A DNA stretch of 62,637 bases, the filler included, from Polymyxa betae A26-41 (Eukaryota > Protista > Endomyxa: Phytomyxea): assembly GCA_003693705.1 (NCBI GenBank). It is 4 parts of 4 records of this genome, joined end to end, with 100 filler letters (N's around TTAATTAATTAA, not from the genome) between each part and the next. Parts side by side here need not be neighbours in the genome. Positions count along the whole stretch, not along the records: positions 1 to 17,217 come from RBZT01000717.1; positions 17,318 to 30,768 come from RBZT01000406.1; 2 more parts are not named here. One strand, written 5' to 3'. A model generated the notes under the pieces. The model was not told the origin of the DNA. It saw only the letters and a program-made list of their open reading frames with translations, and did not search any database. Of the stretch, positions 13,250-24,859 are shown one piece after another (position 1 is the first letter of the stretch; every line of letters starts with the position of its first letter). A program made the translations under genes and the position numbers.

Positions 13250-14000
13250 AGACAATTGAATATTGTCCTGTTAGAGACCACTATCAATAAGACTCGCATA
13301 TCCATTTCCATCAAAAGTTTACGGTAATTTGATTGTGGTATTTTTCGTTGGAGAAAAGTTTGAATGTATGCGCTGTCCGAAGGCTGACGCAGATGTTTGA
13401 GATGCGTTCTCTTGGTCAGGCAACAGTGAATTTAATATTGTATATCTGGATCTTACCGCTGGTCAGGGCTTTGCTGCTTCTTCATTGATGTTGAATATGA
13501 TTTTGCAGATGTTCTTTCTGGGGTACATATGGCGGGGAACGTTGAATTAGGGCGACAATTCTTTCAGGGAGCCCGAAAATGACCAGGGTTCGTCCTTCAT
13601 CTGTTTTGGCGGTATGCTGTGGGAAACTTTTGTTCCTGGAAATTCTTCAACCGCTTGGTGAACATAATTTGTAAATAATGACGTGGAATCTATATTGCTC
13701 AGTGTACAAGATTGTCTGCAGTATTGACAAATTATACCTGGTTGTATTCGCGTAGGATGATGTCTCCATCTTCATTCGGTCATGGAACGAAAGTCGGAAT
13801 TTCAAGAAACGCGACGTTCCGCTCAGTTTTCTAATCACTTCAGGTGCCTCTTCTTGTTTGGCCATCCAAGATTTGTGTCTTGATGACAGCCGTATGGTAG
13901 TATTTCTCGGTGCGCTCCTCATAATTAGAGACCGGGTCGTTGATGAGAGCGGCAATTGTTATTCTTCTAAGACGCTGCCGTCCTGGTTATGGATGCCTCT
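13250..14000 (-). pseudogene. Second degraded copy of the unclassified element seen at 0.75-2.1 kb
   Basis: Across frameshifts the minus strand gives RFL..DFRSMT..EDGDIILREY and PTKNTTIKL, in the same order as the first copy. Confidence 0.35.
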
Positions 14001-15848
14001 GGCGCCATCAACGGTCGGGCTAACCCGATCGTCACCACAGCTCTATTGCAGGTCCCCTGAGCCCGTTCTGCTGTTGCAGGCGGGATCAGTTAGGAGAGCG
14101 CGAGCTCATCGCCATTGTCCAAGGTGACTCCTACCAGCGTCGACGACGCCCGCCTTCTCGAGGTCCCGCACTACCGCGGAGTTTTCAGAGTGCTTCAATA
14201 CGGTTTCCTCTTTTAAGCTCGCGAGCTTGCAAACTCGCGCAGCCCCCTCCGCGCACTTCCAGACTCGCGCACTTCCAAGCTCGTCTACATTCGGTTTATC
14301 TCATCAAAATAAGATCATACAATGGAATCGCAAAAAATTCCATCTAAAATCGTAAAATCTCCGTACTGCCGAGCGTATGCAGCCATTGACGATGTCTGTA
14401 TAAGAACAACCTCTATCTCCATGGATTCATCAAAGGAATTGTCGAAGATTCCCGACTCTTCCTGAATATCTGCTTACCTTTCTGCATGAAAGAATTGACT
14501 GCGTCTTTATCAATACCGAAAGCCTTTTGTTTTGCTTTGGCTTTCAATCGATAGAGTAGGCCAGCATCGAAAGCAACGTTGGGCCACATATTTCGAAGAA
14601 TTTCGATAGTTATAAAAGTCGCAAAATCAAGAATAGAAGATTTCTCGTCAGCGCTTAATTCAGAATCGCGGGTTTTAAATAAGATGCCATCGATAACAAC
14701 CGCTGTTGAAGAATGGCTGTATATTAAATTTAGACCATTTGCCTTGAAATAATGCTCTCAACTAACAAAAATCGAATAAAAAAGAAACAAACATTAAATA
14801 GGGGGTATCAAAGATAGCTTCCCGCAGAATCTTAAAGTGCATTTATCAAGGTCCGCGGGACCCGGTTAAAAGCGCTTTTAAAACGCATATCCTAAACCCT
14901 AAACCCTAACAAGATCCTCGCAAGTCGTAAACAACCTGAAACTTCTCGGCCAGCTGAACTTCGTTAATCTTACTCCACAGCGACCCCAGAGTTGCCTCGA
15001 TGCGATCTGTCCATTGATCGACAATCCCCGATGTTCTGAAAGCCCCGAACTAGGCATGGACTCGGGTGGCGCGACGTCAACTTCAAGAAAGGAAGATGGA
15101 ATCTTTATCAAAATTTCAATCAGGACCATGAATTCCGACCACAGTGTGTCGGCGCCAACGATGTTCTGCTGTTGCTGCTGCTGAATTAGTTGCTCTAGCG
15201 CTCTCTGCTGATGCTGCCTGCTGCTTTGCTATTCCTGCTGCATCTAAAGCTGTAGCTGAAGCCGCTGCTCAATATTGCCACGTTTTGTTTGGTTGTTTTC
15301 ATGATTGTTTCATATTTATTTTGTTTCAATTTGACGAAGTTTAAGTTTAGGTAGATGACGATATCGCCCGCGAGCTCTAGCTGCGGATTCAGCTTCCACT
15401 AATGCATGATGCTGAAACATGCTGATTCTGTGCTGACATCACTGCCGATGCTACCGCGCTTCCTAACCTGATAGTGATCATCACGATCATGATAGTTTTT
15501 TGCTTTCTATTGCTGTTGCATCTGCTAACTAATCATGATCACGACAATGAACCATTTATGCGTTTTTAATAATAATGATTTTCGAGACATTTTTATTTAC
15601 ATATCTGACTTTACAATCCTCATTTTATCACGGCGTGGGTTCAATTTAATTTTCTGCTGTTCCAGCTGTTATCGCAGCTGGAGCACCGCCCAACAATCGT
15701 ATTAACACTTCAATAAACAGCACATTCGTACCAATGATGATGTCACGCCTAATCACTTCCGATTTCTGGCAGGCAACTGCCTCAAGGACTGGGCGGCTGG
15801 TCATAGCGTTTTGATCGAAATAGAAATACAGCACAAATCAGTTGCATA

Positions 15849-16975
15849 ATGGACAACCTAGAAGACATTCCGCAAGCAACTCCCAAGAAAAAACGTGCAA
15901 AGAGCAACAAAGGCACCGCACGAAGGCGTACCACAGCCTCTGAATATTTGTTGATGGTGGAGTTTCTGGACATAGAAGAAAACTTTCAGTTAATCACTGG
16001 GGGAGCTGCAAAAGGAAAATCCATGGTGGCTGGTCAGAAATTGACCAAAGCGGATGCCTACCGGTTATTAGCCGAGTATATGAACAGAAGATTAAAAGAC
16101 CCCAAGATAATCTGGATTGCCAATGACGCTAAGAGCCGATGGGAATCGTACTGGATCAGATACAAAACAACAAACACCCTGATCAGTTCGCAGACAGGGT
16201 TTGGGTTAACTGAAAAAGACGAAGAGCAAGGGATAACAACAATAGCTGAGAAAGAACACCGTCTCTGCCCATATTACAGACGGCTGGATGCTCTCTTTGG
16301 TCAAAGACAGAACATCAAGCCTGCTATAGTTTCGGAATTTGGTGGCATTGCCCCAGGATTCTTTCCAACCCCTGCCCCAGCCTCTCAACCTGTCGTTGAA
16401 TCACAAATAATCGATTTCAGTGAGAACGCTCAAGCTCAAACGAATGGCGACCAAGCTTCCTGCGAAATAATGGACAGCGGGTTTGTTCAAAACTGTACCG
16501 ACACTGCTGCTGCAATCCCTGACCCCAAAGACTCCTTAGCTGGTCGCGATCGCCCGAACATTTCAGATTCGGAAGAATCTGAAAAGCCACCTACCCCAGA
16601 CCCAATCAACGTAAAACCTAATCGATCTGCTCCGAATCGTAAGAGGCACTACATTCACCAGTAGAGATTGGAAAGTTCCCAGTTTCAGCCGACACAGAGG
16701 CCACCCCTGCAAAAAGAGGACCTAAAAAGATTGATTTTGTCGCAAGTTTCCTGGAAGGCCAGAGCAAGGCTAACTCACTTGAACAGCAACTTGTTGAGCG
16801 AGAGCTGGACCTCAAGGAAAAGATGATTGAATTGGAGCTCAGAAAGGAGGAAACAGTTAAGAACAATGCCGCCCAGTATGCAAAAGCTGCAACGGTAGCG
16901 GATCTGATGAAGGCTGGCATACCTTGGGAGGAAATTACAAAAGCGGTGGCCTATGTATTTGCAAATAAATCTTAG
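15849..16975 (+). CDS. Harbinger-associated Myb/SANT-like DNA-binding protein with a frameshift near 16650
   Basis: AYRLLAEYMN..W...DAKSRWESY...TGFGL...LCPYYRRLDALFG is typical of Harbinger ORF2. A second frame continues with a coiled coil (QQLVERELDLKEKMIELELRKEE) to TAG at 16973-16975. Confidence 0.8.
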
Positions 16976-17217
16976 GACCAAAATTCAAATACCTTTGACT
17001 GAATTTCGGATCTCCATCTGGAAACTGAGAGTGGAATGGCCCCAGTTGCCATGAAGTGACTGTGACTATCGTCTGGGCCAGCTCCCTCGAGGTAAGCATC
17101 GAGTTCGTCTGCTACCAAACGCTCACGATTAATGATGTTGTGAAGAACACAGCAGGCCGTAATCCATTCGCATGCGAATTGAAGTCTGCTGTTTTTGTTA
17201 GAACCTGTCAAACAGAG
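16972..17217 (-). CDS. Harbinger DDE transposase C-terminal fragment
   Basis: WITACCVLHNI motif followed by RWRSEI...F, typical of the HARBI1/DDE_Tnp_4 C-terminus. Confidence 0.8.
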   Translation of the reverse strand, partial: LCLTGSNKNSRLQFACEWITACCVLHNIINRERLVADELDAYLEGAGPDDSHSHFMATGAIPLSVSRWRSEIQSKVFEFWS

Positions 17218-17317
17218 NNNNNNNNNNNNNNNNNNNNNNNNNNNNNNNNNNNNNNNNNNNNTTAATTAATTAANNNNNNNNNNNNNNNNNNNNNNNNNNN
17301 NNNNNNNNNNNNNNNNN
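17218..17317. other. Artificial contig spacer
   Basis: N44-TTAATTAATTAA-N44 six-frame-stop linker. Confidence 0.98.
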
Positions 17318-17479
17318 GCTGGATTTGGGTCCTGGGATTCGAGCTGGAAATAAATCAGAGTTGATAACAAGCTGTAATTCGTGTGTGTCAATTTAATAGA
17401 GTATCGCGATTGCAGGATTCGCTCCAAAGCACATTGTAAACGAGACATGGGCCCGGGCTGATCGACCCAAAAATGTGAA

Positions 17480-17745
17480 ACCTTCTAATGGCGGATGGGT
17501 ATTTACGACAAAGAATGCTCAAAGCGGAAGGCTATACAAAAGTCTACGGCAAAGATTATCATGAAACATATGCGTCTGTAGTTCAACAACAGTCACTTTG
17601 ATTCCTCATCACTGTTGCAGTCAACAATTGATGGGAGATTTATTAAAGGGATTTCAAGGCAGCTTACATACTTGCATCGTTATTGACTCCTATATATCCG
17701 TCAGCCAGAGGGCTTCATTGAACACGGGAACGAAGATAACGCAGC
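17480..17745 (+). mobile_element. Copia reverse transcriptase fragment, decayed
   Basis: GWVFTTK...AEGYTKVYGKDYHETYASVV...DFKAAY...QPEGF with in-frame stops. Confidence 0.85.
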
Positions 17746-18519
17746 CCAAGTAAAACATGAAAGGACCATCACGGAGAATTATTTGCGCGTTCTCGTTATG
17801 ATTCGTTATGTGATGCAGTATGGCTCATTATGGCCAACTTTGAGTCAAGCTCAATTCTGGTTCATAATGTGGAATCTTATAAAAACATCATGGTCTTCCA
17901 CTATGGATCATTACGGTCGCCGTTATGGTCCTTTATGGAGGCATGGTGTTTTCAGGGTAGGTCTCCATTATGGGTTATCATGATGGAACGCAATGGCGAG
18001 TCATAAAGAAAAAAGTTGAAGCTCCATTTCGGAAAGTCCTGTTTTATATCATGCCCCATGTCGTGGACCGCAATGGCTCATAATATCAGTTAACATGATC
18101 AATTTATTAATGAGACGTTGCTTAACACTAGCTAGATTAAATATGTTTACAAATCCCAATACTTTATATCCGACATATTTGGAACTCTAAATCATATGAT
18201 GAGAATTCAGATGTGGGATTATATGTTTTGTGCTTGCACTGAGTTAGATTTGGAACGATGCCATTGTGCGCAGTTGTCTAATAACGGCTCTTCGACTCGG
18301 TTATCATGAAGTCATGCTGGGCGTGTGTAGGCCCAGGTGCAGAGACGCAGGCTTGCCTTCCATATCTATTACGATGTCATCAACAACGCAAAATCCACAA
18401 AGACTTAAGCTGCTGCCTGTATTCGCAAGTTTATGACCGCATCTTCGTATTCTAGATCAGTGCCAGATCTGCCAACAGCATGAAAGACATTTACACATTA
18501 TCATAGATCCAAGGTTGAT

Positions 18520-20800
18520 TTGATAATCTCACATCTCGATCATATAAATGTTCAATTCAATAATCAACAAAGACAGAGCATGACCGGCATCGCGTCGTGC
18601 TCTGATTTAGAGCATATCTGCCGGCAAAACTCTCTATTGGATCGTTTCGTTGCCATCATGAAGGACAGCGTGGTCGCCATGATTGAAGTACTCTCATTTT
18701 CCTTTAAATGTGATCGCCGATCAAATTATGAAAACAGGCTTGTGGATCTTCTGGATCAGAAGAACGGACCTCCAAAATCTGTCCAATGGCGTTTGCGCAG
18801 ACTGTGATGAATTGGCGGCTGTCAAAGATTTAGCATACAGCCCACCTTCCGCTGACAGCTCTTTGCACATGGTTGACATCGGAGATAATTTACCAGACTC
18901 TTGTAGGATAGACATTGTGATTCTCTGCATAACAATCAAACAGCTATATTGTCGCTGACGAAATTTGTGTTCAACGGTATATCATTCTATATCCGGAAGT
19001 TTGGGCACCAAACTCTCCGGTTCATCCAGATTTTCTCAATTGGCCATGGCCAAACAAGTTCTGGATGTCAGCTCTCAGCTAAAGTGCTTCCCATCTGGGT
19101 GAATTTTCAGATAATAAGTATCGGGAGTGGATGAAGTATTGTGTTCTTGATCCTCATTTACCACGCAATTTGCCTACTGCATCGGAGGTCGACAATTGTA
19201 CAGAAAAAAGTTTGCCTTTAGAGCTGACAGGCGCAAAAAGAGATTGTGGGAGCAAAAACAATCTGCTTGCCTTCACTCGGTTTGGTAGAATTCGAGAGCC
19301 CTGTTCTCAAGCCTTTCCTAGTGCTAAGCATAAGAAAATATTTACGCCGACTGTGTACCAATCCGAAACTGGCCGCTGAAATTGATATATACCCAAGATT
19401 ACCAGCTGTATCCGGTGATTTTTCTGGAGAGCACAGTATCCTGCTCATTGTGCCATTTTGCTCTCCAATAGTGTTACAGAACAAGACATGGTTTTCTGGT
19501 GCGGTGATTTCCATTTCGTGAAAGGTGAGTCTCTCCTGTGTGCTGACAAACTTTGTCAAATACTGCTGATGATATTGCCTTCTTGGGCCCCACAAAACGT
19601 CTCCCTGGAAGCAAATCGTTATCGTGCTCCAATTATCGGTTTAACAGCTCTTCTGGGAGTTTATGTTCTATAGAAATCGCTTGGACCTTTTTTCTGCAAC
19701 ATGAGACAGGTTGACAGTGGCTTTTTAAGCAACGTTTTGGTTCGGATGCTTCCCGTCCAGGAGCGACCCTAATCTTTGAATCAAATGATGGAAATGGCAC
19801 ATCAACGCCCATTTAACCAACCAGAACAGTTCCAAACGCAGGGGCAAACTTTACAAGACCATTGTGGAGCAATGGTATTCGTTTTTTGGGGGTGTCAAGG
19901 GCCACACGGTTCAGAACCATTTTTGCGATCTGAGCAAACTGCTTGGAAGTCCATCACATTGGAGCAGGTCAGAATACCATAACATCACTGCACCTGTGAC
20001 ATTGATTGGTATAGTGAGTTTTTGGTATCGACCCATGTCACAGATTGTGATTTTGTATCGAAAAGCAATTGTCTGAACTTTTCCAGAGACCTTGCAAGAC
20101 ACCACCAATTGCGAGCTGTCATTGCCCAAATTAGAGATGGTGGATGGTGGCCTTCGGATTACAATGACCCGTGCTCTGAATTTTTGGTGGCTGGAGAAGA
20201 AGCAATTATCAACGCAACGTTTGCAGAAGAGATGTCAGATGCAGTAATCAACCTCTCTCAGAAACTAGACGAGCATCTCGATCCTGTCCAGTTCGATGAT
20301 TGTGTACCTCAAGAAACCATATCCCAAATATGTGACGCTGTAAACGGATGGCAGCTCTATACGTGTTATTGATGCAGAAAAACCAAGATGCTAACTGGCG
20401 AATTGTCTCAACAAAGTCACGAATCCGGGAAACACAATAATTCATGAACGAGACTTCATTCAGCCCGACAAGGACAAATTATTTGTAGTCGGAACACGCA
20501 TCTTTGACATTCGGTCATTCAACCAGCTCTATTTCACTGGTACTTCGCCAAGGGTGCTCAACATTTACTCACTTAGCGAATTCAATTTCAAGCTATTGAT
20601 GAGGCATTATTGCGAGCAGGAGGGCTCTTCGTGTCATGCGAATGAAGTTCTCAATCATGATCAATCCAACAGCATCTATATTGGGCATTCTCGATTGATT
20701 TTCAAAATTAATTGATGGCGGTCATCAGGTAACTTATATAACGTGGAGAGTTCTGGTTGGCACGTTCCGCGCAAATCACCTCAATATCTGAAGGAAGTCT
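18520..20800 (+). mobile_element. Heavily degraded large DNA transposase-like gene (resembles fungal CMC/EnSpm- or Plavaka-like families)
   Basis: A chain of plus-strand fragments. SNCLNFSRDLA...IRDGGWW resembles the SN...SRDIA...GGxW segment of those transposases. The family call is tentative. Confidence 0.4.
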
Positions 20801-22199
20801 AGCTCACTACACTATGTGTGCTACTCATCTGCAGTTGTGGGCTTACCGATTGTTATAATTTCGAATGACAGCTTGAACTTGGAAACAATGGGTGGTAGTT
20901 CTCGTAAGGGTTTTCCCGTCCTGCTATTGTAGGCACATATTAGTTATTGGGCTTTCTGATACTGCTGTGAATACCCGCGACCACATCTTTGTTAAAATTC
21001 ATCTTGAAATGGCCAGCGGTGATCAACAACAACTGCAATTGATTCCCTAAGAGATTCATTTAGACTCGACCACAGTAGTGCTGTAGTTTGTTGAGGGACG
21101 CTTCCACATTCCGTTGTATGGGTATCTAAACAGGAACTTAGCTTTTTTCTCGCAGCGGATTTTCGCAGCGGTTACTTGATTGTTGTTTGATGTCGCAATG
21201 TTGGGTCTCAAACCAGATCGCTTTTGATTTGGGCCCTGATAGCTCCTTTTTAAAAAACGATATTGCTGGATCGAAAAAGATTTTAATCATTTGAGGCTTG
21301 AAATTTCCCCTGCCAAATTGTGATTCTCTCTCGGACTCACGCTTCAAACCTTTTCTGACTAAACTGTCTTCTTCGTAAAATCCGTCCTTATTGAGATTCT
21401 GTGATCGCTCTCTTTTTTCCGAACCTCAACGTCCAGAGTAGGTACGTTACCTGCTACTGAGACATCCTGGTCATCGCTTGTCTATATCGACATTGTTTCA
21501 TCTGGTGACAAGGTCACCTCATCGTCAATCATGATGCTCATGGAAATACGGATGGATGTATTAATATAAACTGAGATGCAATTTATCCTTCCATCACAGT
21601 TGCTGCAGTACCATTGGATTCCCCCCAATCGGAGGCCGCCACGACCGTTGATGACACAGCTAGACGCTTAGGTCTGGTTTTCAGGGATGATCTTGCTCAT
21701 GATCGAGGACAGTAATACCGCGAACAAGTTCGCCACATCTGGAGCTTGAAAATGCCGATTGAACTTGAAATTGGATCTGGCGAATTTGTTGAGGATTTGA
21801 TTGAAAAAGCGCTTTATGCTGGTCAAGTCAATGAGAACAATGAGATCATTGACCCCAACTGTTGGTAGGAGAATATATCATCATAATTCAAACGATTCAT
21901 GTAAATCCAAATGCCATCCATTTGGTGAACGCCGATTTCCAAGACCAAATGGTTACTGCTTTTAAACAGCTGTCCATCAAGATCGACCGAATGGGTCAGG
22001 AAATTTCTGAGAGGCTGTTTCAAGTAAATTTACTCCGTGGCGCAATAGAGCCTTCCACCAATCAGATTTCGTCTTGCTCTGATTCTAGCTCTATTGCGGA
22101 AATTGATTTCATTGAGGTCAATTTCTGAAATAGAGCTCTATTTCGGGTCCAATCTTGCAATAAAACAATCATTTTCTCATGGATCCCACCCATGACTGC

Positions 22200-23616
22200 T
22201 GCCATCGTTTCAGGGGCTCTCGTCGCCTATCCGACATGGCAGGTGGGCCGTGGTATGGGCTTCTCAACAACACCGTTTTCGGCCTGGCGTTCTCGTATAG
22301 CAGGCGTTCGTTTCGGTTTTTGTCAAAGGTGACGAATTCTAATTATTGGAATTTGTCTCTGTGATAGCATCATTCGTTTCGGCGTTAGACATTGTGCAGA
22401 ATCAAGAAATGGTGACGTTGGGAATGCAAACTACACCATTAGGTCACTTGAATCAAGCCAGCCCTACTGTTACGCAATAAAATCTGCGCCAGTGCTGCAT
22501 TTGTCTGCTCTATTTCTATGCCAGGATCTACTTGGGACATCAATTTCACGCAATTGCGCAAGCTCTATTTACTTGGAACAGCCTCTGGGATACGGGAATT
22601 GCTCAAGCCAACCTTTTCATCATACGGATTGGAACAGCTTGGTATTGGGCCAGAATATCCCGTGATACTTGCTGCGAGATTTCGGTGGCAGTTCGATGCC
22701 TCTCAGAGCAGGCAATACAGTAGATCATTGATGCCATCTGCAAATTTAAACAAATTAAAAAGCGGACCCTGCTGGCGTGGTTGTTTGTTACCTCTTGTTC
22801 AACAAACTGATCTCCGTTACATGGAGTGCAGCTATGCTCCTCCTCAGTACAATGGTTTTTCAATAAGCCGTCTGGATTCAAAGCAATAGTTGCAGAGCAC
22901 GCCTGCGAACGTTTCTGGGTCACTCGGTACTTCTGGCAGCGAAACCCGGTGCGATTATAGATATAGGTAAATCCACCTAGATAGACGGGAGGGTTTGCAG
23001 CGTTCGGCATGATTCGATGTTGGCAGATTGGTCCCCAGCTATTGATTATCGCAGCTGCCGAATTGCGGTGTCCGTGACGGACTTATACAAAAACGAACAA
23101 AAACTCAAACTCCACACACAATTGTTTGAAACTTCACGTAATAGCTACACTGCCCGCTACCATCTCGACCTTACGATCATTGTTTTTTCGATATCGACAA
23201 ACTGAGAACCAATGTTCGTCAAGTGAAATGGACATTGAGATTGTAAAGTCCTGCGACGAAAATCTGCATAAATGAAATCTTCTAATATGTGCATTATGGT
23301 CACATTTTCACCAAGAAATAAGTATCTAATTTCAATGAACCAGGCACTCACATCCATTCAAATTTACAAAGCTTGTATAAGGGTTTAGGGTTTAATAGAT
23401 CAATTTGTAGATTAAATTGGTGATAGTTGATCAATTAGTAGGTCGCAATTAACTGTCCGTGGAGCAGGTCAAAATAGATCATTTTCGAGAAAGATCATTT
23501 TGTAGGTCAATTGTCTGATTTTCCGTCAAAATAGATCAATTTATAGAGCAATTAAAAAGTGCGCGGAGTAGATCAATCCGTAGAGCGTAGAGCAATCGTA
23601 GGTCAATTTAAATTCC
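22200..23616 (-). mobile_element. Mutator-like element 5' part: repeat-rich terminus and FLYWCH/WRKY-type zinc-finger ORF remnant
   Basis: ORF 22603-23010 reads VYLGGFTY...FRC...CSATI...EHSC. 23396-23616 holds about ten AGATCAAT/AGGTCAAT/AGAGCAAT sub-repeats ending in AATTCC. Confidence 0.7.
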
Positions 23617-24534
23617 ATAACCTTACTCTGGCTATCTGCTGACTAATACAGAAAGATACACTGATATGACTGACTGCACAAAATTCGGTCGTTTATGAGC
23701 TGCTTTTTTTGTCGTCGTTTAGTCAGTTGTTTTCAAGGATTACGATATGCGTGCGCGTGTTATCAAGGACGCCATCGTGTATCCATCGAGATGCTCCAAA
23801 GCAATGAAAAATATGCGGAGTTGGAGGAAACTGTTGTGATTATCATTGACATACTCTATGAGAACGACAAACTTCAAGAAATTAACACAATATACAGCAC
23901 GGTTAAAGACTATCTTAAAAGGGTTGGTGGCATTTTAAGTCAAGAAATGACAAGTCAAGAACCAACCCAATCACCTCTTCCATAAACATCTTTCAATACA
24001 ATTCATTTTTGATTCCAGACAAAGCCTAATACCCTTCTAATATGTATTCACATCTTTATCAAAACCTTAAATAAACACGCCTTGATTTCCATCAAAACCT
24101 TCTTCATTTCAGCAAGTTCCTTCTTAATATCTATATCGTCATCAGTCTAATCGTCTTCTTTCGGTATAAAAGGTTCTGATGACTGAACCGAAACGACAGG
24201 AATACAAGGGGTCAGCACCATAGGAACCGTATTTGCCCGCTCAGCTGGTGATGATGATTTTCGCTCTAACGTATTCATTGATGCTAATTTGCGGACAGCA
24301 CAATTAAGGTCATCCTGCTGGAAGTTTTGAGTCGGAACAACGACTGGTTCAGTATATTCGTCAGAAGATTAGGAATTTTGTGGCTGAATTGGGCGACGAA
24401 CAGATTCACTGCCACAGTGATAATAACACCTGGAACCTCTGACCTTAACCTTAGTACGGCAAGGGGTTCCATATCTCATTTTGGGTGTTCCACAACGCGT
24501 AGTTGGCATTTTAGTCAAGATTTGATGAATGAGT

Positions 24535-24655
24535 GATGACACGTGTCATTAGGGTTTAACGTTAGGGTTTTGATGATACGACAGGAACAAGATGATGACA
24601 CAAACTGACCAAGATGATGACACAACACAATCGCCAGTCATCATCATCGTCGTCC
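24535..24655. repeat. Cluster of GATGATGACAC-like sub-repeats, likely a DNA transposon terminus
   Basis: TGATGACAC or TGATGATAC occurs four times, next to two TTAGGGTTT motifs. Confidence 0.5.
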
Positions 24656-24859
24656 AAGGTAATCGTTTCATTTCGCTATTCTAATCCTATCCGATACTCT
24701 CAATAGATAGTGATGCTATCTTATCTATGCATCTCTGCTATTTTAGCACTGATACAGCATTATCATATCTAATTTCCTTCAGATATAAGATTCTGTAACA
24801 GTTTTATGTTGTTACGCTGTCAGCGGGCATGTGGCGCGAGGTAATCAGACATTCTTAGC

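Larger units (their letters stand above)
14801..17217. mobile_element. PIF/Harbinger transposon, truncated by the contig end
   Basis: Candidate terminus GGGGGTATCAA at 14801 (similar termini at about 28454 and, reversed, about 33252-33262). Contains a Myb/SANT-like ORF convergent with a transposase C-terminus. Confidence 0.8.

Noticed and set aside
17218-17317. TTAATTAATTAA palindrome flanked by Ns (also 30769-30868 and 60170-60269) as a biological motif
   Set aside because: The identical 100-bp layout appears three times, so it is an assembly linker with stops in six frames.
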